From an uncultured Verrucomicrobiae bacterium (lineage in GTDB: Bacteria > Verrucomicrobiota > Verrucomicrobiia > Chthoniobacterales > JAFAMB01): a stretch of DNA of 64,000 nt. Every line of letters starts with the position of its first letter. Position 1 is the stretch's first letter. Shown here in pieces: positions 39,423-49,833 of this stretch. The translations under genes and the position numbers were made by a program. Location of the stretch: contig CAWEXO010000015.1 of the NCBI GenBank assembly GCA_963813025.1, positions 32,001 to 96,000 on the forward strand. Direction: 5' to 3'. Below the pieces are notes generated by a model. The model was not told the DNA's origin. It saw nothing but the letters and a program-made list of their open reading frames with translations, and ran no database searches.

Positions 39423-42400
39423 ATGATACAGAAAACATTGGCCGCCGGCATCGGCCTTCTGACCTTAGCGGGAGTTGCCTTAGCACAGGCTCCCGCAGCG
39501 GCCCCTTCCGCATCTGCGGGTCCCACACCCCTGGACCAGCCCGCGGCGGCCGCACCTGCCGGAGGCGCAGAGCTGCAACGGATCACCTTGGGGCAGGCTC
39601 CCGTAGCCGCCGCCGACCAGCCCGCGGCTGGACCTGGCGGAGGTGGGGAGCTGCAACGGATCACAGTCACCGGCTATATCATCCCGCGCCTGGGCGAAGG
39701 CACGCAGCCGGTTTTCAACCTGGACAGGGACTGGTGGCAAAGGCGCGGACAGCAAAACACCGCTTCGGTATTGGAAACCCTTCCTTTCGCTAATGGCAAT
39801 TTTAACCAGAACTTTGCGCCGGGGAACAATACTTCGCCAGGCGGCGACGCCGTCAATCTGCGTAACCTCGGGGTGAACGCCACGTTGGTTCTGGTCGATG
39901 GCCTGCGTTTCCCCTTGTTTCCATTACCCCTGAACTTTACCCAAACCTTTGTCGACCTGAACTCAATTCCGATCGCCGCGATCGAACGGATTGAAATCCT
40001 GAAGGACAACGGTACGGCCACTTATGGTGACGATGCGGTTGCCGGTGTGATCAACATCATCCTCAGGGATAATTACAACGGCGCCCAGTTTAACAACTAT
40101 TTAGGCTTCAGTCAGCGGGGGGATGACGTAACCTACCATTCCCAACTTGTAGCTGGTATCGCCGATGATCTGGGCAAGTTTGGGAAATTCAGCCTTGTAG
40201 CCGCCTTCAACTATGAAGTGAGCACTCCGATTGATGCCTTGGATCGCCCCTTGACGACTGGCGACTATCATGAACTCAGCCCAAAATATCCCAGCCCGCC
40301 AACCTCATTTGTCCCCTACCTTAGTTCGTTTCTTGGTGTAGATTCCGGCAACTTTTATACAGTAATTCCCGGCACCAAAACCGGGCCGACCACGAGTCTT
40401 ACGACGGAACCGATTTCGTCCCCGATTCTTATTCCCCAAAACGCTCAACTGCAGCCAAGAGAAGAGCGTTACGGCGGGCTGGTGAAGTTGAATTATTCAC
40501 CGACCGATTGGTTTAAGCTCTACGATACCTTCATTATCCAAGACAATCACGAGAAGGCTTCGACCCTCAACCAGGGATACGACTTCGGTGGCGCCGACAA
40601 GATCTTTGGACAGCCTATCGTGATTCCGGCCACAAATCCTTTCAATACTACCGGGGAGCCACTCATTCCGCAGGGTGGTTGGGGAGGCGATTTTCCGCCC
40701 TGGACTCAGGACACCTGGATCCGCACCATACGCAATAACGTGGGAGCGCTGTTGCAGCTGCCCCACAATTGGACGGTTGAGGGCATCTTCAACTACGGAG
40801 AATCGGACGGGACCGAAACGGTTCACAATGGCGTCAATCTGTTAGCTTTGCAGCAAGGTCTGAATGGAACGTTACCGGGCCATATCGGGCAATTCTACAA
40901 TCCGTTTTTGGACTGGCGAGCCGTCCAGGGCTTCAATAAAGCGTTAGTACCCGCGCTCCTCGTCGACCAAACCTTGGACGCCCGCACCGAGGTCGTGCAG
41001 TGGATACTGAAAGCCGGTGGTACTGTGCTTGATCTCGACAGCGGGCCGGTCAACGTGGCCGCGGGATTGGAGTATCGCAGTGAATCCTTGATTCAGGCAA
41101 ACGACCAACTCAGTGAGCTGCGTTTAATTGGTAACGGCGACTTCCTGGGCAAGCAAACCGTTGGACGCCGCTACATCAGAAGCGCCTATTGGGAGGTTGA
41201 CATTCCGCTCGCCGGCGACAAATGGTCCTGGCCCGGGCTACGCAATCTAGACTTCACCTACTCGGAGAGGTACGACGATTACACCGTGTTCGGCAGCGCC
41301 GCCAAACCAAAGTTTGCCATACGCTACAAACCCTTTAATGATTTGACCGTTCGGGCAACGTATTCGGAGGGCTTCGTTGTCCCTTCCTTGTCGCAACTTT
41401 TCTCTACGCCGCTCGAGTTTCAGCAGTCGATCATTGACCCTAATTTCCCGGCCGGAAATCCGAATCACGCCTACAGTACGCTCTTGATCCAAGGATCCAA
41501 TCCGAATTTGAAACCCCAGAACGCGTACTCTTATTACTTGGAGGGCGTCTGGACGCCGGACTCCCTGAATGATCCCAATGGCTGGTTCCATTGGTTACAT
41601 GGCCTCACGGCTTACGTTGATTGGTTCCAGATCGAGCTACGGAACCAGATCGGCACGATTACGCCGCAATTCGTCGTGGATGCTCCAACGGCCTTTCCTG
41701 GCAATAGCATTGTCAGAGGTGCTAATGGATTGATCACGCAAATAAATAACCCGTTTATTAATATTGGTACCATTAACACCCGCGGCTTCGATTTTGGTGG
41801 AAGCTATATTACCAAAGAATATGATTGGGGTAAGCTCGATTTTGAACTCAACGCCACGTACGTTTACGGTTGGTCGCAGAAGATTCCTTACCCGCCCGTT
41901 AACGGCAGGCCGACATTCCAGGTAATCACCCTCGACGACCAGGCCGGCTCACCGGGTGGAGTCGTTACCGGCGGCGGACCGGACCTCAAATTGATTACCA
42001 GTTTGTTTTATTCTAAAACGATGTACGGCATTGACACGTTCAGCACGGGTCTCACACTGAATTATCGCGATTCAGAGGCCGATTTTAACAACAACGCGAA
42101 GGGCTCAAATCCCCTGGCGAACCCTGGTCTGGATGCGCCCGGTTATGTTCATGAAATTGGCAGCTTCACCACGGTGGACTACCAGATCAGCTATGAATTT
42201 GGCAAGCCGGAGGAGATCGCGCCGGAAACCGCTAAACCTGGATACGACAAGGAAGGGCATAGGCTGGTCGGTGAAAAGGCAATCGCGCCTAAGCCCGAGG
42301 GATCCCGGCGGGGATGGAGACAATGGCTCGCTAATACCAAACTTATCTTTGGCATCAATAACATCTTTGATACGCACCCACCGCTCTCCGTGGATTCCAA

Positions 42401-42476
42401 CTATCTCGGCCGCGATTACTTCAACGACAATTCGGTCCAGCGCTTCTTCTATTTCGAAGTAGACAAGCATTTCTGA
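39423..42476 (+). CDS. TonB-dependent receptor 3 (divergent paralogue)
   Basis: AAGGAG RBS, signal peptide, RITVTG, TLVLVDG..RIEILKD, NNIFD, C-terminal F. Confidence 0.95.
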   Translation: MIQKTLAAGIGLLTLAGVALAQAPAAAPSASAGPTPLDQPAAAAPAGGAELQRITLGQAPVAAADQPAAGPGGGGELQRITVTGYIIPRLGEGTQPVFNLDRDWWQRRGQQNTASVLETLPFANGNFNQNFAPGNNTSPGGDAVNLRNLGVNATLVLVDGLRFPLFPLPLNFTQTFVDLNSIPIAAIERIEILKDNGTATYGDDAVAGVINIILRDNYNGAQFNNYLGFSQRGDDVTYHSQLVAGIADDLGKFGKFSLVAAFNYEVSTPIDALDRPLTTGDYHELSPKYPSPPTSFVPYLSSFLGVDSGNFYTVIPGTKTGPTTSLTTEPISSPILIPQNAQLQPREERYGGLVKLNYSPTDWFKLYDTFIIQDNHEKASTLNQGYDFGGADKIFGQPIVIPATNPFNTTGEPLIPQGGWGGDFPPWTQDTWIRTIRNNVGALLQLPHNWTVEGIFNYGESDGTETVHNGVNLLALQQGLNGTLPGHIGQFYNPFLDWRAVQGFNKALVPALLVDQTLDARTEVVQWILKAGGTVLDLDSGPVNVAAGLEYRSESLIQANDQLSELRLIGNGDFLGKQTVGRRYIRSAYWEVDIPLAGDKWSWPGLRNLDFTYSERYDDYTVFGSAAKPKFAIRYKPFNDLTVRATYSEGFVVPSLSQLFSTPLEFQQSIIDPNFPAGNPNHAYSTLLIQGSNPNLKPQNAYSYYLEGVWTPDSLNDPNGWFHWLHGLTAYVDWFQIELRNQIGTITPQFVVDAPTAFPGNSIVRGANGLITQINNPFINIGTINTRGFDFGGSYITKEYDWGKLDFELNATYVYGWSQKIPYPPVNGRPTFQVITLDDQAGSPGGVVTGGGPDLKLITSLFYSKTMYGIDTFSTGLTLNYRDSEADFNNNAKGSNPLANPGLDAPGYVHEIGSFTTVDYQISYEFGKPEEIAPETAKPGYDKEGHRLVGEKAIAPKPEGSRRGWRQWLANTKLIFGINNIFDTHPPLSVDSNYLGRDYFNDNSVQRFFYFEVDKHF

Positions 42477-42522
42477 TTTGTTGGGCTCACAGACCACCGC
42501 AACGCAATCTGACTTTTCCAGC

Positions 42523-42921
42523 TCAGCGGACGACAAGGACCGGAAGAATATTGAGATCGAACTCGAGCAGAGACGGGATGAAACTCGCGCTCCCATCCGA
42601 TCCCGGGAACCGCCTTACCTCGTCAAGTGCTCCTGGTGCCCGCGCGATCGCTCTGACTTCAATATCGCTGATAGCGCGGCCGAAACTGTCGACGGCGAAA
42701 TCTACCACCAGCGGGGTGTTCCCGACGTATCGCCCGTTGATCTGCACCCTGGCGCCAATCGGCTTAGAAACAATCAAGACAGGGCGCAGTTCAGCTGCCA
42801 CGACCCGATTGTGAGCCCGCAAAGGGCTTCCCCGAGCTGAATCACCGCCAGCCAAACAGGCGGGCGCGACAAGAAGCATCGCTAATCCAGCCAACACACA
42901 GCAACGAGTGGTCCGGCTCAT
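42523..42921 (-). CDS. Exported PEGA-domain protein (paralogue of 38231-38626)
   Basis: IVSKPIGARVQINGRYVGNTP; shared ACLAG and FDLN motifs. Confidence 0.85.
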   Translation of the reverse strand: MSRTTRCCVLAGLAMLLVAPACLAGGDSARGSPLRAHNRVVAAELRPVLIVSKPIGARVQINGRYVGNTPLVVDFAVDSFGRAISDIEVRAIARAPGALDEVRRFPGSDGSASFIPSLLEFDLNILPVLVVR

Positions 42922-43021
42922 ATCGAAAGGTTTAACCCCCTTTGTTGTTCTTGCTAGCCAATCGCTAAAAAAACCGCTGTTTTTAACAGATCATGCGTTC
43001 AAAAGGAAGGCAATTTTAAAC

Positions 43022-43567
43022 TCACTTTTCGGCCACTCTGGCAGTAGCAGGGGTCAGCGAGTTCAGCCAGCGCTCGAGGGCCGCTTTCTCGTAGAATAAG
43101 GTATCGGCCCTCTGTTCATTGGAAACATAGAAGTACCGATGGAGGTAGTCTACTTCGACGAGGCTCGCGGAGCCGTTGGCCAGGACCCGACCCTTCGGAT
43201 CACTCAGGGTGTAGTCAAAATAAAGGCGGAGCGGCAACTGCATGTTGCGAGCGAATCGCACGCCAATGTTTTTGGGGAACCTGCTAATGCGCCACGGCTC
43301 CAATCGTCCGGCCAGATCGATATCGGTGAATTTTAAGGTCAGCGTCGCTCCGGGGAAGCGTCTGGACACTTTCGGTGAAAGGTAACTTGAGACCTCATCC
43401 CGAAAAATTGGGGCGGACGCAATCTCCTGGCGATCTTGGATCCGAAAATCCGAAAATCGTTCAGGATGAACGAATTCGATACGGACATTGTTGGCGCCGA
43501 GCGCGTTGCCAGCGCCAAAACTCAGGAGAACCAGCGGGAGCCAGCGATAAAATTGGTTGATTTTCAT
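43022..43567 (-). CDS. DUF3016-like exported protein
   Basis: VRIEFVHPERFSD, FTDIDLAG, LFYEKAALERW. Confidence 0.8.
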   Translation of the reverse strand: MKINQFYRWLPLVLLSFGAGNALGANNVRIEFVHPERFSDFRIQDRQEIASAPIFRDEVSSYLSPKVSRRFPGATLTLKFTDIDLAGRLEPWRISRFPKNIGVRFARNMQLPLRLYFDYTLSDPKGRVLANGSASLVEVDYLHRYFYVSNEQRADTLFYEKAALERWLNSLTPATARVAEK

Positions 43568-43624
43568 AGGGGCCTGTTTGGTTACGAAATACACCCGTTG
43601 CGGGCTTCGTGCACCTGTTGGCTG

Positions 43625-43660
43625 AGGAAAGTAGGAAAGTAGGAAAGTAGGAAAGTAGCA
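43625..43660. repeat. Octamer tandem repeat GGAAAGTA x4
   Basis: Seen directly; degenerate units continue near 43788-43816. Confidence 0.85.
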
Positions 43661-43828
43661 AGTGGACAGTTGCCGGTAGACCGTCAGTCGTCCTCGGAGG
43701 CGTCGCCTTTTTCTGGGTTCGGGTTACTATCGCGGACGAGAAAGAACTCCACCTTTTCGATCATCGCGTGCAACGCGGGAAACGTCGGGAAAGTGGACAG
43801 TAGAAAGTGGGCAGTCAAGGCATGCCGT

Positions 43829-45658
43829 TTAAACCTTGAATAGCGGCGGATGCCGGCGATGAAAATCGGTCATCTGCTGGTAAGCATGGGCAAACGCCAG
43901 GAGTTTGCTGTCCTCATACAAATTACCCAGAAAGGTCAGACTGACTGGCGTGCCGGGTCCCCCAACGCGATCATCCTCACCGTTGTCGGTTACCGGCGGG
44001 GCTGGCGCGTCAGCGCCGCGCAATCCGTTTGGCACAATCACGGCCGGGTGTCCAGTAAGGTTCGTAATCATCAGCTGCGGGTCGGTCGTCGGCGTGACGA
44101 TGAGATCTACCTGCTGGAAGACACGGTTCATGTCGTGCATCAACAAAGTCCGGGCCCGATTCGCCTGAACATATTCGACTGCGGAATAGAATCGCGCCGC
44201 CCGGAACAGGTTCGGCCAGTCATCGGGCCCCTGCTCCGTCAATAGTTTATCACGCCCGCTTAAGGTTAGATCATCGAAGGCAGCCGCCGCCTCCGCATTC
44301 AGCAGCAGAGCCAATGCCTCGAGCGGATACGAGGGCAGCGTGATTGGAATGAGATCGACTCTGTGCTTTCGCAAAGTTTCTAAGGCGGCTTGATCATAAC
44401 GGCGGTCATAATCGCGACGCGCAGCGCCAGCCGCTTTTTCGGAGGCATCCGGCGACTGCGGGTTGATCGGGGGCACGGTCTTCGCTTTGCTCGTGAATTC
44501 CTCCTCAACAAACCCAATGCGGAGCTTTTTCCAATCGGACGCGGAATCCCAGGCAAAGGGAACCTCGCGCACCGATCGGTCGGAACCATCCGGTCCATAG
44601 ACGGCCTGCATGACCAGCGCGCAGTCCTCGGCGGATCGAGCAATCGGGCCCAATTTATCCATGCTCCAGGACAAGGCCATTGCCCCGGTGCGCGGCACAT
44701 AGCCAAAGGTTGGGCGGTAGCCGGTCACACCGCAGCGGCTCGAAGGCGAGGAAATCGAGCCAAGGGTTTCCGAACCGACGGCAAATGCTACGCAACCCGC
44801 GGCGGTGGCAGCGGCGGAGCCGGCAGAGGAACCGCTCGACCCTTGAGCCAAAATCCAAGGGTTGCGGGTTCGTCCGCCGAACCATTTGTCGCCCATGGCG
44901 AGGGCACCGAGGGTCAACTTGGCGATCAGGACAGCACCGGCTTCGTCCAACCGGCGGACCACGGTCGCCGTGGTGTCAAGGGTCTGGTCCTGGAACCCTC
45001 CGGCACCCCATGTGGTTCGATAACCGGCAACACTGAGCAAATCCTTGGCTCCCCAAGGAATACCATGCAGCGGACCACGATAGTGACCCTGCGCAATTTC
45101 CGCATCGGCCGCTTTGGCCTGGGTCCGGGCCCGATCCTCGAGCAGCGCAATCACACAATGCAACCGCGCGTCGGACTGCTTCAGGCGTTCCAAGTACATC
45201 TCAGTGAGGGCCAACGCCGAGATTTTCTGTGTTTGAATCAATTCAGAAAGTTCCCGAACCGTGGCAAACGCGAGTTTATCGTGGCTCGACGGCACCGCGA
45301 TTTTGGCCGTTGAATCCGAGATTTTGGCCGGGGTCCGCGATAGCGCTCCAGAGATTGGCCGGTCAACCAAAGGCACAAAGATCAAGGCGGGTGCAACATT
45401 ATTTTTGAGCGGCAGACGGCGGACCTGGCCAATCAGATCCCGTTGTTCGTTCAGCTTCTTGAGCAACTGATCCTTTTGCTCATTGCTGATCGGAATATCG
45501 GCCAGTTGAGCCGCCTCGTCGATCATATCGGCGGTTATCCCCTGCTCCTTCGGTCCCGCGCTGGCCAAGGCAGACAGGGCACCCGCAAAAAAGGCAGACG
45601 TAACGCCGACTGCGGAGCAAATTTTCAGGAACTGACGTCGATCTCGATGGAATTCCAT
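43829..45658 (-). CDS. Tat-exported amidase-signature enzyme
   Basis: DRRQFLK Tat motif; GPLHGIPWGAKD, GSSGSSAGSA, GSETLGSI. Confidence 0.92.
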   Translation of the reverse strand: MEFHRDRRQFLKICSAVGVTSAFFAGALSALASAGPKEQGITADMIDEAAQLADIPISNEQKDQLLKKLNEQRDLIGQVRRLPLKNNVAPALIFVPLVDRPISGALSRTPAKISDSTAKIAVPSSHDKLAFATVRELSELIQTQKISALALTEMYLERLKQSDARLHCVIALLEDRARTQAKAADAEIAQGHYRGPLHGIPWGAKDLLSVAGYRTTWGAGGFQDQTLDTTATVVRRLDEAGAVLIAKLTLGALAMGDKWFGGRTRNPWILAQGSSGSSAGSAAATAAGCVAFAVGSETLGSISSPSSRCGVTGYRPTFGYVPRTGAMALSWSMDKLGPIARSAEDCALVMQAVYGPDGSDRSVREVPFAWDSASDWKKLRIGFVEEEFTSKAKTVPPINPQSPDASEKAAGAARRDYDRRYDQAALETLRKHRVDLIPITLPSYPLEALALLLNAEAAAAFDDLTLSGRDKLLTEQGPDDWPNLFRAARFYSAVEYVQANRARTLLMHDMNRVFQQVDLIVTPTTDPQLMITNLTGHPAVIVPNGLRGADAPAPPVTDNGEDDRVGGPGTPVSLTFLGNLYEDSKLLAFAHAYQQMTDFHRRHPPLFKV

Positions 45659-45902
45659 TATCCGCTTTCTTTTCTGAAAGAACTTTGTCAAGATAGACAA
45701 CGGTCTAAACGAAAAAAGCCACAGCATCTCTACAGGGTAGTGTCCGCTCGTGGATGCTTTGCTCATCTGATTGACTTTTCTTCAGGCTAGCGCGCACGAC
45801 CTCGTCCGCAATTCTTCGAGAGGGGTTGCAAGCTCTGCGAAGGCAGTGACATCACAGAGTTTGTTGTCGGCCATCGATCATCGGCCATTGACCGTCGGCC
45901 GG

Positions 45903-46619
45903 TCAATGGATCACGAACGTCACCGGCAGCGTGCAGACGCCGCTAACGTCCGGAGCGAATTTCCAGTGGTCGCGAACCCACCGGGCCGCGGCACTGGCCA
46001 GCATAGGCGGTCCGCTCCCCTCTGCGTCTGTCACCGTGCCGTTCGATACGTGAATTGTCACGCGAACATTCCCGGTGATGTGCATCGCTAGCGCTTGCGG
46101 CGGATAGGGAGGACTGGGCGAACGAAGCAAGTTAGTCGAACGCGGGCCCCCGTTGCCAGTTCCTCCTACAACCCCGTTCGGGCTGGCGTTAGGCGGATTC
46201 GGCCCGTGATGTGCCGTAGACGGCACGGTAGGAGCCGGCTTTTTTACCTCTGTCTTTGGCTTCGGTCGAGGTGTAGCGACCGGTTCCGGAGCCGGAGGCG
46301 GTGTCGGCGTCGGTGTAGGTTCAGGCACCTCGAACTCCGGCGGCTTGTCTAATGGTGGTGGCGTCGGCTCTGGCTCCGGTGGTGGAGTCGGCTCCGGATC
46401 AGGCGGCGTTTCCGGCTCATCCTCGGGCTGCAGCAACGGAGGCGCGTCGTTGATATTCGTCAGGTCAATCACCGGTTCTTTTTGCGGAGTCGGCGCCGGA
46501 AATCTGACCCAGTAACCACTGACGGCAGCAGCCGCATTGAGCACAAGCGAGATCAGAAGAAACCAGACGATTCGGGATCCCCCCGGGCCACGCGGGTACT
46601 TTTCGGAAGCAGCAGCCAT
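45903..46619 (-). CDS. tonB: Energy transducer TonB
   Basis: N-terminal TM helix, Pro/Glu-rich linker, PPYPPQA...WKF. Confidence 0.85.
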   Translation of the reverse strand: MAAASEKYPRGPGGSRIVWFLLISLVLNAAAAVSGYWVRFPAPTPQKEPVIDLTNINDAPPLLQPEDEPETPPDPEPTPPPEPEPTPPPLDKPPEFEVPEPTPTPTPPPAPEPVATPRPKPKTEVKKPAPTVPSTAHHGPNPPNASPNGVVGGTGNGGPRSTNLLRSPSPPYPPQALAMHITGNVRVTIHVSNGTVTDAEGSGPPMLASAAARWVRDHWKFAPDVSGVCTLPVTFVIH

Positions 46620-46628
46620 TGTCGATTC

Positions 46629-47114
46629 TTAGGATCCAGGCGGCTTCGCCGCAGGCGCGGGCGCCGCTCCTGGTGCACGTGCCGGTCCCTGCACGCCTTC
46701 GCTCGGCTTGATTTCCAGACCTACCTTTTGCACGCCAGCAGTACGGGCTTTATCCAGGACAAACACAACCTCTTCGTAGGTTGCAACCTTGTCTGCACGA
46801 ATAAATATGCGCACGTTGTGGTTTTTATTGTAGAGCGTCTGGAACCGCGACAGGACGTCATCTCGTGCAACTTTCTCTTTCTCGAAGTAGATGTCGCCCA
46901 AGGCATCGACACTTACGATAATGAAGTCCGGGTTCGTGTTCTGCACGGCGCTGGTGCCGGTTGGCAGATTCACGTCCATCCCCTTCATATTGATCATGGT
47001 CAAGCTCACCAGCATGAACGAGGCGAGCAGAAAGAACATGATGTCGATCAGGGGGATGATCTCAATCCGAGCCTTCTTAATTGGTACTGGCGAACTGCTG
47101 TGACTGCCGTGCAT
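46629..47114 (-). CDS. exbD: Biopolymer transport protein ExbD
   Basis: IIPLIDIMFFLL, IRADK. Confidence 0.92.
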   Translation of the reverse strand: MHGSHSSSPVPIKKARIEIIPLIDIMFFLLASFMLVSLTMINMKGMDVNLPTGTSAVQNTNPDFIIVSVDALGDIYFEKEKVARDDVLSRFQTLYNKNHNVRIFIRADKVATYEEVVFVLDKARTAGVQKVGLEIKPSEGVQGPARAPGAAPAPAAKPPGS

Positions 47115-47838
47115 CGTTTTCTACGTCTACGGTGTGAGAGGCCTTCTGACGGAGCGCGTTGAGCATGAGAATGAGATTGTGTGAAGTCGTCTCGAGCTCG
47201 AACTGCAGTTTGGCCAATTTGGAGTTGAAGAAGTTGAAAAAAACGAGAGCCAGAATGGCGATGCCCAAGCCGCAAGCTGTGGCAATGAGCGCCTCACCGA
47301 TACCGCCCGAAACGGCGGCCGGACTCAGGCCACCTTCGTTGACGGCGTTGAAGGCCGACATGATACCGGTAACGGTACCGAGCAATCCAAGCAGGGGCGC
47401 CAGTGTAATAGTCGTATCCATCACGGACATAAAGCGGCCGGCTCGCTGAATTTCGACTCCGGAGGCGATCTCCAGAGCTCCTTCAACCGAGGAGTGGGCA
47501 TGGCTCAGCCCATGCCAGAGAACACGAACGCTGGAATCTTTGGAACCACGGGCCAGGTTGGATGCCGCGGTGAGATCTCCCTCTTCGATTGCGGCATAGA
47601 CCCGGTCAAGCTTGTTGGGATCGCGACGGGCACGCTCAATTGTCCACCAGACGATTCGTTCGAGGATGACGGCAATCGCTACGACTAATACCGCAACGAT
47701 CGCGTACATCACTGGACCGCCCTTGAAGAACCATTCCAAAAAAATGTTGCCTTTCGCCCAAGTCGGAACGGGGCGCAACGTGACCACTTGCCCTTCCGCG
47801 GCCAGCATTGGTGCGAGCCAAGCTAACAGAGTGAACAT
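47077..47838 (-). CDS. exbB: MotA/TolQ/ExbB proton channel
   Basis: GGPVM, APLLGLLGTVTGI, GIGEALIATA. Confidence 0.92.
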   Translation of the reverse strand: MFTLLAWLAPMLAAEGQVVTLRPVPTWAKGNIFLEWFFKGGPVMYAIVAVLVVAIAVILERIVWWTIERARRDPNKLDRVYAAIEEGDLTAASNLARGSKDSSVRVLWHGLSHAHSSVEGALEIASGVEIQRAGRFMSVMDTTITLAPLLGLLGTVTGIMSAFNAVNEGGLSPAAVSGGIGEALIATACGLGIAILALVFFNFFNSKLAKLQFELETTSHNLILMLNALRQKASHTVDVENDARQSQQFASTN

Positions 47839-48312
47839 ATATATTTAAGATTTTGAGTAACGGTTTAAGGCGTTTACTTCCTGTTTTTGACTACTACACA
47901 ACACAGGCATCAAGCTGCGGGCAGACATCGCTACCCCACTCGACCCTCGCCCACCTTTGCAACTCACTCGGAAAGCCGGAGCAAAGTCGCCTTGTTCCTG
48001 GGGGACCATCGCATAGCGCAGGCATTAATTTCAGAATACCGTTCATGGTACCCTGAAAATATAGGCAGTCAAAGAAACCGTTTTTCTTAAAACTGCAACC
48101 GATTTGTTACGTAGATTTTTCAAGGCGAATTCCCTAATTAAAGATGGGTAAAATGCCTGTAGGAGGGCAGTTTTTCTGCCAGGTGGTTCCTTTTTGGATT
48201 CGACGGTTGCGCCAAGGGCGAGAAAATTATCGGAGCTCGGCGAGGTCAAGCAGAAGCTTGACCCTACCGATTTTTTGCAGAGCTGGACGCAGACGATTCT
48301 CGCCTGTCGTTG

Positions 48313-49620
48313 TCAGAGCGTGATCGGTTGTCGACGTACGTCCTGCTTCGCGAGGCGGGATTCGATCCTGTCGTGAAGATAAGCCACCACCGGCGATGCC
48401 GGCAACCGGTCCACGACCTCATTCAAAAAGCCGCGGACAATCAAGGCTTTTGCTTCGTTTTCAGGAATACCGCGGCTGTTCAGATAGAAAAGCTCCTCGG
48501 GCTCGACTTGCCCGGAAGTGGCACCGTGGGTGCATCGGACGTCATCAGCCAGAATTTCCAGGCCAGGCATCGAATTTGCCTCGGCCTCATCGCTGAGCAA
48601 CAAATTGCGTACTTTTTGGTAGGCATCGGTCTGGTGCGCTCCCCTCTCGACCCTGATTAAACCGGAGAAAACTGTCCGCGCGCGATCGCTTAACGAATTC
48701 TTGTAAAGCAGGTCGCTAGTGGTGTGAGCAGTCAAATGATCCTGCAAAGTGCGTTGATCAAATTCCTGGTCGTCCTTGGCAATCGTTACCGCTAACATAT
48801 CGCTGCGCGCTCCCTCTCCGACCATCCGGCTGACACTTTCCAGGCGCGAATATCTGCCACCAAAGTTCAGTGAAAGGTTTAACGCGGCGGCGTCGCGCTC
48901 CACCTGGGTGGAGTTAACCTGGACTGAGGCAAAATTTCTGCTCCACTCCTGGTCCATAATATAGGTCAGCTTCGCTCCGGGCCCGACAACGAGATCATTC
49001 ACGCCGCAGGCAAACCCGGGCTCCTCGTCTGACGCGGAAACGAAATGGTCGATAAAGGTCGCTGAGCCGCCCTCCTCCACAATAACCAGCGTGTGCGGAA
49101 AAACCGCCGACCGATCGCCGTCAACGATGTGGAACGCTTCAAAAGGAGGCTCCACTTGCACTCCGGCCGGCACATAAAGGAAGCCACCGGAGCACACTAG
49201 GGCTTGATGCAAAGCCGCGAATTTCTGGGACCCGAGGCGGCTGGGCTGAGCCATGAAATGCTTGCGCAAAAGCTCGGGATATTCAGATAACGCTTCCTCC
49301 AACCCAACGAAAACGAGTCCAGTGGACTTGGCGGCGGAAAACTCGACCAGTTGTTCGTTTACGAAAACCAGCCGGCCGGCCGGTTCACTGTATCCCCTGC
49401 GCGCAACTGCTGCGGAATGGTCAACGCATGACTCACCGGCAAAAACCCAATCGTCCAAACTCAACAGCTTCACTGGCGAGAAGCGCCAAAGCTCGTCAGT
49501 TCTGGACGGCGCGGCTGTTCGAATGAACTCATCCCACGCCGCAGCTTGTTTCTCCCGAAACCAGTTCGGGAAACGGTTGTCGCGCAATCCAGAGAGGATG
49601 GGTTCAGTTGTCGTCATCAT
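48313..49620 (-). CDS. sufD: Fe-S assembly protein SufD
   Basis: ELWRFS, TDAYQKVRNLLLS, PGLEILADDVRCTHGAT. Confidence 0.93.
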   Translation of the reverse strand: MMTTTEPILSGLRDNRFPNWFREKQAAAWDEFIRTAAPSRTDELWRFSPVKLLSLDDWVFAGESCVDHSAAVARRGYSEPAGRLVFVNEQLVEFSAAKSTGLVFVGLEEALSEYPELLRKHFMAQPSRLGSQKFAALHQALVCSGGFLYVPAGVQVEPPFEAFHIVDGDRSAVFPHTLVIVEEGGSATFIDHFVSASDEEPGFACGVNDLVVGPGAKLTYIMDQEWSRNFASVQVNSTQVERDAAALNLSLNFGGRYSRLESVSRMVGEGARSDMLAVTIAKDDQEFDQRTLQDHLTAHTTSDLLYKNSLSDRARTVFSGLIRVERGAHQTDAYQKVRNLLLSDEAEANSMPGLEILADDVRCTHGATSGQVEPEELFYLNSRGIPENEAKALIVRGFLNEVVDRLPASPVVAYLHDRIESRLAKQDVRRQPITL

Positions 49621-49679
49621 GCTTTATTGAAAAAAACAAAAACGTCTTCAGTGTCCGTGCAGCAACGGCGTAAGGGCTT

Positions 49680-49805
49680 CGGTAGGGCGAAAATTCATTC
49701 GAGCTTTAGCGAGAACTTGTTTGAGCCGTCTGGAATGCGCGGCCTGGCCCAATGTCCGGCTCAAACAAGTTCTCGCCCGAGGCTCGAATGAATTTCGCCC
49801 TACCG
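49680..49805. repeat. REPIN-like long hairpin between sufB and sufD
   Basis: CGGTAGGGCGAAATTCATTCGAGC/GCTCGAATGAATTTCGCCCTACCG outer arms; GCGAGAACTTGTTTGAGCCG/CGGCTCAAACAAGTTCTCGC inner arms. Confidence 0.9.
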
Positions 49806-49833
49806 GCACCTCGTCAAAGGCGCCCTGCCTCGG

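Noticed and set aside
47853..48300. Riboswitch or sRNA upstream of exbB
   Set aside because: One hairpin (CTTTGC...GCAAAG) but no recognisable aptamer or terminator
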